29,161 bases of DNA from a virus (Duplodnaviria; Caudoviricetes). Positions 1-6,586 of this stretch are shown here, in pieces; the stretch's first letter is position 1; every line of letters begins with the position of its first letter. Location of the stretch: the IMG/VR virus record IMGVR_UViG_3300049164_000050, positions 1 to 29,161 of that record, one strand, 5' to 3'. A program made the translations under genes and the position numbers. A model generated the notes under the pieces. That model made no database searches. It had not been told where the DNA came from and saw nothing but the letters and a program-made list of their open reading frames with translations.

Positions 1-10
1 CGCATGATCA

Positions 11-28
11 TTTCCCACTTGTTTCCCA
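11..28. repeat. TTTCCCA direct repeat x2, possible integrase arm-type binding sites near a prophage end
   Basis: TTTCCCA at 11-17 and 22-28 (11-bp period) in AT-richer noncoding DNA at the distal end of the accessory arm. Function is inferred. Confidence 0.35.
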
Positions 29-62
29 GTGGCAGACTAGGCCTCGGCGATGCACACAGAGC

Positions 63-120
63 GCCGGCCCCGGTCTCCTGGGGACGCCCTTGGAGGCGAT
101 GGATGGAGGCCGGGGCCGGC
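63..120. terminator. 16-bp inverted repeat (hairpin/terminator-like)
   Basis: GCCGGCCCCGGTCTCC (63-78) pairs with GGAGGCCGGGGCCGGC (105-120) with one G-U. Confidence 0.55.
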
Positions 121-340
121 TTCTGTGTTCAACGAGCGTCGCCCCACGTAAAGCACGGGGACTAGTTCGCTCGTTCGGGTGGATACGCGGCTTGTGTTGC
201 CGAGCACCTCCCCGCCCCGCTGCCTAGCCCCCAATGGGGTGCGGTGGGCCGTGGCAGCTGGGCCTATCGGCGCCCCGGGGACCTGAACCCCGCGGTGCCG
301 AAACTCTCTCTTCAGTTGCCCGCTCGGGCGATCCTCAGCA

Positions 341-354
341 CTGGATATATCCAG
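341..354. promoter_or_regulatory. Perfect 14-bp palindrome, candidate GntR/HutC-type operator
   Basis: CTGGATATATCCAG is its own reverse complement. It lies ~50 bp upstream of the GntR gene and resembles TGG-N6-CCA HutC-subfamily sites. Confidence 0.6.
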
Positions 355-405
355 CTTCCGAGGTGCCTCATAGCGTCTGACTCCACGTCATGATCGTCGG
401 CGGGG

Positions 406-1038
406 GTGTCGATGCCGGAAGCTGCGCGCCATCGGCGTATCGCTGCCGGTATCCGTCGCCGTATCGCCGCCGGGGAATGGCGGCCGGGCGAGTCCCTGCC
501 TTCGAGAGCCGAGCTAGCTGCCGAACTCGGCGTGCATCCACAAACGGTGCGTCTCGCATACGTTCTGTTGCGCCGTACTGGCGTCTTGGAGGGCGAGGAG
601 CGCAAGGCGGTCTATGTGGCGCATCCTCCTGCTATGCGCACCCTCACGGACGCTGATGCCCCCTGGCCGTTCTCCAGCGAGACCACCGACACCCGCCCGC
701 GGCCCGCCACGGAAGAGCTGGCAGAGCGGCTTGGCGTCCGCGTCGGTACGAGCCTGCGGCACGAGACGGTGGAATGCCTGGACCCGGGCGGCAGGTCGGC
801 GATGCTCGTGTCCTCGTGGTGGCGTGGCCAGCGCCGGCCGCACATGTCGTACACGGCGGAGCTGGGCTGCGTGGAGCTCGTTGAGGAGCAGGCGCACGCG
901 CTGGGCCTGCTGGTGGACACCACGGCCTTCCGCATCATTCGCACTCGCTTCGACCATGACGGTCGCCCCCTGGAGACTGCTGACCTGATCCTGCCGATGG
1001 ATCGTTGGCTGATTCGGTTGTCACCCACTGGTAAGTGA
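406..1038 (+). CDS. GntR-family transcriptional regulator (HutC/KorSA-like, UTRA-like C-terminus)
   Basis: N-terminal wHTH IAAGIRRRIAAGEWRPGESLPSRAELAAELGVHPQTVRLAY; C-terminal RIIRTRFDHDGRPLETADL resembles the end of a UTRA domain. Start could be ATG 412. Confidence 0.85.
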   Translation: MSMPEAARHRRIAAGIRRRIAAGEWRPGESLPSRAELAAELGVHPQTVRLAYVLLRRTGVLEGEERKAVYVAHPPAMRTLTDADAPWPFSSETTDTRPRPATEELAERLGVRVGTSLRHETVECLDPGGRSAMLVSSWWRGQRRPHMSYTAELGCVELVEEQAHALGLLVDTTAFRIIRTRFDHDGRPLETADLILPMDRWLIRLSPTGK

Positions 1039-1189
1039 GCGCTTTCGGACCGGGCGTGTGGGGCGCCTGGATCAGGAGTAAAGCTCAGTTTCGGCCCTGG
1101 CGGAAGGTGTCTCTTGCATATTCTTTGACTTTCCGTTTGCCATCGGTGCGTTTCTGTAACCGCTGGTCAGGCGTTGGCCAAACGTTCCT

Positions 1190-1238
1190 GCGTTGCCGCA
1201 GGTCACCGCAGTGAGGTGAGGCTCACCTGCGGTAATGC
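1190..1238. terminator. Imperfect inverted repeat between convergent genes
   Basis: CCGCAGGT (1196-1203) and ACCTGCGG (1225-1232) with further flanking complementarity. Confidence 0.35.
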
Positions 1239-1285
1239 GGTGGCTAGAAGTACACGTGTCAGTACCGGCCAGTCGCCCCGGTTAC

Positions 1286-1459
1286 TCACGGCCGCCTGGT
1301 GGTCCGTGTTCCCCCGCGACAGCAGCGGTGCCAGCACCTTGTGAGCGGCACGGCCGGTCCGGGCCCGGGACGCAGATCGATGTTGCCGTCACAGTGGCCG
1401 CATTCGCCGATCTGGCACGGCCCGCAGATAGTGCGCTCGTCGGCCTGCCCCGTGTTCAC
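1286..1459 (-). CDS. Small Cys-rich hypothetical protein (57 aa)
   Basis: GTG 1459 overlaps the TGA of the upstream ORF (GTGA). Contains CGPCQIGECGHC and CWHRCC. Confidence 0.5.
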   Translation of the reverse strand: MNTGQADERTICGPCQIGECGHCDGNIDLRPGPGPAVPLTRCWHRCCRGGTRTTRRP

Positions 1460-1644
1460 AGCACGCCACGCAACCCGACACGCGATTCGGCGGGGCAGAC
1501 GTAGACAGGGGCTATGGCGCTGCCGCTGGGTGAGAGTCGGTCGCCGATACGTAGGGGCGGGTGGTCGCTGCTGCCGCATGGGCAGCCAGCCTCCTCCAAG
1601 GGTGCGGTCTGGCATCCGGGGCCAGGGTCCGTAGGCTCGTCCAC
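1456..1644 (-). CDS. Small hypothetical protein (62 aa)
   Basis: AAGGCGG upstream of the GTG start; its stop is coupled to the next ORF; divergent from the GntR gene. Confidence 0.5.
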   Translation of the reverse strand: MDEPTDPGPGCQTAPLEEAGCPCGSSDHPPLRIGDRLSPSGSAIAPVYVCPAESRVGLRGVL

Positions 1645-1740
1645 GTCGACGCACCGCCTTGTGCTCGTCGGCCATGCCCCCGGGCCGTGACCGCGGTCGC
1701 GGGGGTCCTGTGCAATTTCACGGTACCGCCCCGACTAGCG

Positions 1741-1765
1741 CGATAGGTGCGATAGGGCCGATAGG
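1741..1765. promoter_or_regulatory. Three CGATAGG direct repeats (9-bp period), candidate operator
   Basis: CGATAGG at 1741, 1750 and 1759 in the divergent intergenic region upstream of the GntR gene. Confidence 0.6.
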
Positions 1766-1811
1766 CGCACTCGTCTCGCCTGGCGGGGTGAGCGGTCCTA
1801 GCGTCCGAATC

Positions 1812-2057
1812 ATGGACTGGCAGCCGGATATCCCGAGGTGGCGGCAGGTGTACACGGTGATGGAGGAGCGAATCACTGATGGCACCTACCCGCCAGGCGG
1901 ACGGCTGCCGTCGGTCGTTGACGTGTGCGCCGAGTTCGAGATCTCGCAGATGACGGCACGGAAGGTGCTGCAGAAGCTACGGGAGGCCGGCCTGGCGGCG
2001 ATGCACCCAGGGGTGGGCACGTTCGTCACGGAGCTGCCCCAGCCGCCGAAGTCATAG
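1812..2057 (+). CDS. GntR-family winged-HTH-only regulator (81 aa)
   Basis: PRWRQVYTVMEERITDGTYPPGGRLPSVVDVCAEFEISQMTARKVLQKLREAGL...GVGTFV is a classic GntR wHTH. Start placed at ATG 1812. Confidence 0.9.
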   Translation: MDWQPDIPRWRQVYTVMEERITDGTYPPGGRLPSVVDVCAEFEISQMTARKVLQKLREAGLAAMHPGVGTFVTELPQPPKS

Positions 2058-2090
2058 GCGCCTGTCAGACCCCAGGGCTACGATCTCGGC

Positions 2091-2270
2091 ATGTCCTCCA
2101 CTCCCCTGCCGGCGGGCCCGGCGCGGTCTGCGGCCGAGCTGAACGCGGCGATCCGCGCGCTGTGGTCGCATCCGCAGGTGCCGCTGACCGCGGAGCAGCG
2201 GGAGGAGTACGGGCGACTGTGCGCCGAGCTGCGGCAGGTGGAGCGTGGGGACGTCATCGAGGCCGCGTGA
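2091..2270 (+). CDS. Hypothetical protein (59 aa; not in the ORF track)
   Basis: Translated by hand: MSSTPLPAGPARSAAELNAAIRALWSHPQVPLTAEQREEYGRLCAELRQVERGDVIEAA. High GC3 codons; fills the gap between neighbouring genes. Confidence 0.7.
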   Translation: MSSTPLPAGPARSAAELNAAIRALWSHPQVPLTAEQREEYGRLCAELRQVERGDVIEAA

Positions 2271-2303
2271 AGGCGCCGTGACCGCCCCGCTTAGGATCCG
2301 CTC

Positions 2304-2507
2304 GTGGCTGACTACGACTTCCCCAACGATCTCATCGAGCTGGAACGTTCCGCCTGGGAGGCGATCCAGGCCGGGGCGTTGACCGTCGAGCGGGCGACCG
2401 CCGTGCAGGACGGCGTCACCGCCTACGCCACAGAGGCCGGGCTGTCCCGGTATGACGTCGAGATGGCACTGAAGAAGGCTGTGCGGCACGCAGCGGCGGA
2501 GGACTGA
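2304..2507 (+). CDS. Hypothetical protein (67 aa)
   Basis: Typical high-GC3 codon usage, helical protein, followed by a hairpin. Confidence 0.75.
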   Translation: MADYDFPNDLIELERSAWEAIQAGALTVERATAVQDGVTAYATEAGLSRYDVEMALKKAVRHAAAED

Positions 2508-2514
2508 CAGCAGC

Positions 2515-2550
2515 GCACCCCGCCCGGGGTTCCACGCTCGAACGGGGTGC
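2515..2550. terminator. Hairpin between convergent genes
   Basis: GCACCCCG (2515-2522) / CGGGGTGC (2543-2550). Confidence 0.5.
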
Positions 2551-2590
2551 AGCAAACCCGACTTGGCTTGTGTCGGATGATGCGACAAGG

Positions 2591-2761
2591 CTAGCGACCG
2601 CCACTGACAACGCTGAGGCGCCGCGTCGACAGCCGGTACTCGCCCACTGGCCCCTGCGGTTCACGGGCGGCAGGGAGCAGCTCGGGCGGGAGCTCGTTGC
2701 GGTGGCGGCGCATGATCTGCCGCAGCGCGCGGTCACGGGACGGGAACGGGCGGACGCTCAT
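2591..2761 (-). CDS. Hypothetical protein (56 aa; not in the ORF track)
   Basis: Translated by hand: MSVRPFPSRDRALRQIMRRHRNELPPELLPAAREPQGPVGEYRLSTRRLSVVSGGR. Co-directional with 2782-2976; weak RBS. Confidence 0.45.
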   Translation of the reverse strand: MSVRPFPSRDRALRQIMRRHRNELPPELLPAAREPQGPVGEYRLSTRRLSVVSGGR

Positions 2762-2781
2762 GCGGCCAGCCTGCCAGACGA

Positions 2782-2976
2782 TCAGTCACCCTCCGGCCAG
2801 GTCGTCAGCATCTCGCCGGTCTCCTCGTCCGTCAGGGTGATGCGGGCGTCTGGCCTGCCCCAGTCGCCGATCCACGCCGTCACCTTCCGGCGGGCGGTCT
2901 CCTCGCTCCCCCACCAGCCGTGCTGTGCTGGGCGGCCGGCGAGCCACAGGGTGACGTGATAGCGCTCCGGGTTCAC
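2782..2976 (-). CDS. Small Streptomyces-type hypothetical protein (64 aa)
   Basis: GTGA overlap with the LexA-like gene; RYHVTL..GRP..HGWW...ARRK...W pattern. Confidence 0.8.
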   Translation of the reverse strand: MNPERYHVTLWLAGRPAQHGWWGSEETARRKVTAWIGDWGRPDARITLTDEETGEMLTTWPEGD

Positions 2977-3197
2977 GACAGCCGGATCCCTCGCGGGCGG
3001 CCGGGCTCGCGCACGATGGCACCTTTCGTCTCCAGTTCGCGCAGCTGATAGTGCACGGAGGACCAGGACCGCAGCCCTGCCCGGTCGGCGATCTCTGCGA
3101 CGGTTGGTGCCATGCCGTCGTCGACGATGGCTCGCCGGATGATGCCGAGGATCTGCTTCTGGGTGACAGTGAGGTAGTCGACGCGGTGCTTGGTCAT
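2973..3197 (-). CDS. LexA N-terminal DNA-binding-domain-only protein (74 aa)
   Basis: LTVTQKQILGII...GMAPTVAEIADRAGLRSWSSVHYQLRELETKGAIVREPGRPRGIRL matches the LexA wHTH. It ends before the Ala-Gly cleavage site and the S24 peptidase domain. Confidence 0.85.
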   Translation of the reverse strand: MTKHRVDYLTVTQKQILGIIRRAIVDDGMAPTVAEIADRAGLRSWSSVHYQLRELETKGAIVREPGRPRGIRLS

Positions 3198-3205
3198 TCC
3201 CTGAT

Positions 3206-3221
3206 TAGAGCGCGTGTTCGA
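3206..3221. promoter_or_regulatory. SOS (LexA) box-like site
   Basis: TAGAGC-GCGT-GTTCGA versus the actinobacterial consensus TCGAAC-N4-GTTCGA (10/12), inside a 45-bp divergent intergenic gap. Confidence 0.65.
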
Positions 3222-3242
3222 TTTTTGAGGCAAGCTGGAGGA

Positions 3243-3581
3243 GTGACTGACCTGCCGCCCGACCTGCCGAGACTCCGCACCCTGGAGACGTGGCTCGCCC
3301 TCGCCCTCGACGAGGTACGGCGCGCCATCGTGGCGGCCGAGCAGCGGGAAGCCGAGCGGCAGCGCGGCATCGAGCGCCGGCCGCCCCCACCCGACTGGCT
3401 CCTGGAGCTCGGGCTTAACCGGGACGCGCCGCCGGTGCAGGTGCACGTCGGCGGCTGCTGGAACGCCGGGAAGCGCAGCCGCGGCATCGGTCGGGACGAG
3501 GCACTGCGGGCGCTCGCCGATGGGGTGAAGGCCTGCGGGGCGTGCCGACCGGACTCGGAGCTCGGGTTCCTCGATGGATGA
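3243..3581 (+). CDS. DUF6233-like protein (112 aa)
   Basis: GGAGGA RBS then GTG; N-terminal coiled coil; VHVGGCW...ALRAL..GVKACGACRPDSELG metal-binding-type motif typical of Streptomyces DUF6233. Confidence 0.8.
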   Translation: MTDLPPDLPRLRTLETWLALALDEVRRAIVAAEQREAERQRGIERRPPPPDWLLELGLNRDAPPVQVHVGGCWNAGKRSRGIGRDEALRALADGVKACGACRPDSELGFLDG

Positions 3582-3597
3582 CGCCATGGCGTGAGCA

Positions 3598-3631
3598 CTA
3601 ATGCGTCAAATGGAGCAAATGGGTCGAATAG
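3598..3631. repeat. Four degenerate heptamers with 9-bp period
   Basis: CTAATGC (3598), CAAATGG (3607), CAAATGG (3616), CGAATAG (3625). Confidence 0.5.
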
Positions 3632-3684
3632 GTGGACTGCGGCGAGGAACACGGAACGAGCACCCCCACCTCACTGGAGGCACC

Positions 3685-3972
3685 ATGATCATCAAGAGGA
3701 TCCACGACATGGGCGTCCGCAGCGAACACGCCTACGTTGCCGCCTTCGCCAGCATCGGGTTCTCCGTCTTCACCTGGGTGACCAGCCTCAAAGCCGAGTC
3801 CGGCGGCCAAGCAGACCTCGCCCGCGCCGACCGGTGGGGCATCTTCGTCGGCGAATGGGCGCCCACCTTCTTCGGTCTCGGTCTCGCCCTCTCCCACTAC
3901 GAGCAGCAAGAGGGCACCCTCACCACCAGCGTCCGTGAACTCTGGGAAGAGAAGAAGCAGGCCGCCGGCTGA
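3685..3972 (+). CDS. Small actinobacterial membrane protein (95 aa)
   Basis: GGAGG RBS, ATG 3685; two hydrophobic segments; ADRWGIFVGEWAPTFFGLGLAL motif. Confidence 0.8.
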   Translation: MIIKRIHDMGVRSEHAYVAAFASIGFSVFTWVTSLKAESGGQADLARADRWGIFVGEWAPTFFGLGLALSHYEQQEGTLTTSVRELWEEKKQAAG

Positions 3973-4078
3973 CCAAGCTGGCCCATCATGCCCGCCTCTG
4001 GAAGAAGGGGTGGGCTTCTCCCTGCCGGATGGCGCACGTCGGCATGCGTCGCCCACTGCGGCCCCGCACCCTGATGCC

Positions 4079-4294
4079 ATGGCCAGCACGCAGCCCGTCG
4101 TCGTGTACCCGCCCGATGAGGACGGTGGCCGGCGCGTGCGCATCAGGGGTGAAATCGCCGGCCGCGCCTTCAGCCTCGCCGAGGTCGTCGAGTTCCTGCG
4201 CCGAGCCGGGATCGACGACGTCGACGAGGTGTGGGTGCGGCGGAGCAGTCTCATCGAATGGCGCGGTGGCGGCTTCGAGGTGTGGGAGCAGTGA
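4079..4294 (+). CDS. Streptomyces-type hypothetical protein (71 aa)
   Basis: VVYPPDEDGGRRVRIRGEIAGRAFSLAEVVEFLRRAGI...IEWRGGG; followed by a hairpin. Confidence 0.8.
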   Translation: MASTQPVVVYPPDEDGGRRVRIRGEIAGRAFSLAEVVEFLRRAGIDDVDEVWVRRSSLIEWRGGGFEVWEQ

Positions 4295-4323
4295 GCCCGC
4301 CAGGACGGGGGGACCTGGCGGGC
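4295..4323 (+). terminator. Intrinsic terminator-like hairpin
   Basis: GCCCGCCAGG / CCTGGCGGGC, a perfect 10-bp stem immediately after the stop codon. Confidence 0.65.
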
Positions 4324-4502
4324 CGAGGTCAGTGTGGCACGACCTCCTGACAGGACGGCCACGTTCCGCGTACCGTGTTCGAGCGGCCCGCCGTGTCTTC
4401 GTGACTGTCCTTCGGGGCGAGGGGGCACCTCGGCGGGCCGCACCGATCTGGGGAGGCATCATGAGCGACGACACGGCCTGGGGCTAAGCCCCGGACAGCA
4501 GG

Positions 4503-4534
4503 ACGCCCCCGCAGCTGGATCGCTGCGGGGGCGT
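4503..4534. terminator. Bidirectional terminator-like hairpin
   Basis: ACGCCCCCGCAGC / GCTGCGGGGGCGT, a perfect 13-bp stem with a 6-nt loop, downstream of the resolvase gene. Confidence 0.75.
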
Positions 4535-4559
4535 TGTCGTGCTCAGAGGGTCGCGCCAC

Positions 4560-5147
4560 TCAGGGAGTCACCTTCTTGCGGGCGTTATCGGTCGATCGGT
4601 TGAGGTGGCCGTACACGGTAGTGCGGGGTACGCCGAAGAGGTCGGCGATCTCCTGCACGGTCTTCTCTCGCTTGTCGTACAGCTCCTGTGCGAGCGCTGC
4701 CTGCTGGTCGCTGAGTTTGGGGCGTCGCCCGCCGACGCGACCGCGGGCTCGGGCGGCGGCGAGGCCGTCCATGGTGTTGGCGTGGATGAGCTCACGCTGC
4801 AGCTCTGCCATGACCCCGAGCATGCCGAACATCGCGCGACCCTCGGGTGTTGCGGTGTCGATGCCCTGCTCGATGATGTGCAGCCCGATCCCCCGCTCCT
4901 TCAATTCGGCGCCGAGGTTCACGAGATGGAGGAGCGATCGGGAGATGCGGTCGAGGCGGGTCGCCTTGAGGGTGTCCCCTTCTCGGAGCCGTTTCAGGAG
5001 GATGTCGAACTCGGGCCGGGACGCCTTGGCGCCGCTGGCGTAGTCGATGTGGATGTTCTTCTCGTCGACGCCGGCGCGGAGCAGGGCGTCGATCTGGTGG
5101 TCCGGGTTCTGGTCGGCGGTGGAGACCCGGGCGTATCCGAAGTCCAT
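4560..5147 (-). CDS. Small serine recombinase (resolvase/invertase family)
   Basis: GYARVS catalytic motif, LDRISR, GRVGGRRPKL linker and C-terminal HTH (TVQEIADLFGVPRTTVYGHL); 195 aa. Confidence 0.95.
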   Translation of the reverse strand: MDFGYARVSTADQNPDHQIDALLRAGVDEKNIHIDYASGAKASRPEFDILLKRLREGDTLKATRLDRISRSLLHLVNLGAELKERGIGLHIIEQGIDTATPEGRAMFGMLGVMAELQRELIHANTMDGLAAARARGRVGGRRPKLSDQQAALAQELYDKREKTVQEIADLFGVPRTTVYGHLNRSTDNARKKVTP

Positions 5148-5267
5148 GTCGGAAACCTTACCTGCGCCTCGTTATCCGTCATAGGTTTTCGACGCGAGTT
5201 GTCGACATCAACTTCCTGCAGCGATAGGCTCGTTGACGAGATGACGGCAGACGGTCGTTTCTCGACA
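5147..5267. promoter_or_regulatory. res-like multi-subsite recombinase binding region
   Basis: Inverted half-sites TGTCGGAAACCT (5147-5158) / AGGTTTTCGACG (5183-5194); palindrome TGTCGACA (5200-5207); TGACGGCAGACG-GT-CGTTTCTCGACA (5242-5267). Confidence 0.6.
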
Positions 5268-5286
5268 CGACTCCGAGCACGACGAA

Positions 5287-5324
5287 GCGCCCCGCTCCCC
5301 TGCCGAAGCAGGAGGGCGGGGCGC
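5287..5324 (-). terminator. Terminator of the late operon
   Basis: GCGCCCCGC/GCGGGGCGC outer stem plus CCTGC/GCAGG inner stem. On the minus strand the loop is the stable C(UUCG)G tetraloop; it starts 6 nt after the last late gene. Confidence 0.8.
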
Positions 5325-5330
5325 GGTCGT

Positions 5331-5492
5331 TCACGCGGGTTCGTCGTCCGGCGGCCAGTCCGGCGCCAAGAACGGGTTGATGGCGGGCGCGGGGATCGGC
5401 TGTGGTTCGGCCTCCCCCATCTGTACGAGGCTCCGGATGTCCGCGGCCGTGTCATCCCGGCGCGGGCGGAGCGGGATCGGCGGTTCGGGCAT
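5331..5492 (-). CDS. Pro-rich hypothetical protein (53 aa; not in the ORF track)
   Basis: AGGAG RBS, ATG 5492; MPEPPIPLRPRRDDTAADIRSLVQMGEAEPQPIPAPAINPFLAPDWPPDDEPA. Confidence 0.65.
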   Translation of the reverse strand: MPEPPIPLRPRRDDTAADIRSLVQMGEAEPQPIPAPAINPFLAPDWPPDDEPA

Positions 5493-5501
5493 GGGCTGCT
5501 C

Positions 5502-6227
5502 CTACGGGTATTGGCGGCGGTACGGGTCCATGCCGGCGGCGAGCGGTCCGGGTAGGTCGGGGTTCTGGTCTCCGCCGGTCTGGCGGCAGGTGTAGCGGGT
5601 GGAGCCGTCGCCGTCCGGGGTGCAGGTGTAGGTGGCGCCCCGGTACTCGAACGTCCAGCTCGATGGCGCTGGGCCTGGCGGTCCCTGCTCGCCCCTCTCG
5701 CCACGCTCCCCCGCGGGCCCCGGCGGTCCGGCAGGCCCCGGTTCGCCCTGCGGCCCGGGAGGTCCCGCCTCGCCGGCGGCACCATCTGCGCCCGGCGCTC
5801 CGTCAGTTCCTGGCTTCCCCGACGGGCCGGGCCCTCCCGGCTGGCCGTCTTCGCCTGCTTCCCCTGGCTGGCCTGGCGCGCCGGACGGACCAGATTGCCC
5901 TGGCTCCCCAGAGGCTCCCGGGCCACCCGACGGGCCCGGTTGTCCCGGCTCGCCGGGCTCACCCTGCTGCCCGGGAGGTCCGGTCACCGATGCGCCTGGC
6001 TCCCCCCGTGAGCCGGGCGGCCCGGCGACTGGGGTTCCGCCGAGGCGCTCCACCTGGTTGGCCAGAGCGTCCCGGGCCTCATTGGCCGTGCGCAGGTCAT
6101 GGGACAGGAGCACGACTTGGATGGCGAGCCAGCCAAGAAAGGCGACGACGAGGAGGGCGGTGAGGCCGATGAGCCATTCGGCGCGCGGTAGCCGGAACGT
6201 GCGGCGCTTCTTGCGGAGGCCGGTCAC
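5502..6227 (-). CDS. Membrane-anchored collagen-like protein
   Basis: Basic N-terminus, TM helix ([24 protein letters not shown]), short coiled coil, 35 uninterrupted Gly-X-Y triplets, C-terminal Cys pair. Confidence 0.9.
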   Translation of the reverse strand: MTGLRKKRRTFRLPRAEWLIGLTALLVVAFLGWLAIQVVLLSHDLRTANEARDALANQVERLGGTPVAGPPGSRGEPGASVTGPPGQQGEPGEPGQPGPSGGPGASGEPGQSGPSGAPGQPGEAGEDGQPGGPGPSGKPGTDGAPGADGAAGEAGPPGPQGEPGPAGPPGPAGERGERGEQGPPGPAPSSWTFEYRGATYTCTPDGDGSTRYTCRQTGGDQNPDLPGPLAAGMDPYRRQYP

Positions 6228-6574
6228 TTCGCCACCACCGCCCAGATCGCGACAGCCACCGACAGCAGGCCCAGCAGTACGGGCACGATGAGCTGGTACA
6301 GGCGGGCTTGTCGCTCGCGCTCACGGCGGTCCCGCTCGTCGCGCTGGTACTGCTCGAACGCGTTCTCCAGCACCTCGTTGGCGTCCTTGGCCTTCTGGAG
6401 TTCCTGGCCCAGTTGGTTGATGCGCTGATCGGTGTAGGCGGACTGGAGGGCGTACACCTCGGTCGAGACGACTTTGTCGAGGCGGGCGTTGATGCCCTGC
6501 CCCATCGCCTGGACCTCTTGGCGCAGGGCCGCGACCGCGCGCCCGAGTTCGCCGACGCTCAGCTCGTCGGGCAC
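6224..6574 (-). CDS. Coiled-coil protein with C-terminal TM helix (lysis-cassette membrane protein)
   Basis: AGGAG RBS; heptad-rich soluble region, then [22 protein letters not shown]. Confidence 0.8.
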   Translation of the reverse strand: MPDELSVGELGRAVAALRQEVQAMGQGINARLDKVVSTEVYALQSAYTDQRINQLGQELQKAKDANEVLENAFEQYQRDERDRRERERQARLYQLIVPVLLGLLSVAVAIWAVVAK

Positions 6575-6586
6575 GTGCTACTCCTG

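Noticed and set aside
37-234. 65-aa minus-strand ORF
   Set aside because: TTG start without a clear RBS, atypical codon usage, and it runs through a long hairpin.
1286-1675. Single 129-aa ORF
   Set aside because: Better explained as two coupled ORFs (1456-1644 and 1286-1459) with a GTGA overlap.
4367-4382. Second SOS box candidate CGCGTA-CCGT-GTTCGA
   Set aside because: Only one half-site matches the consensus.
5660-6030. Repetitive DNA suggestive of a CRISPR array or tandem repeat
   Set aside because: Fully explained by Gly-X-Y collagen coding; no constant repeat-spacer structure and no cas genes.
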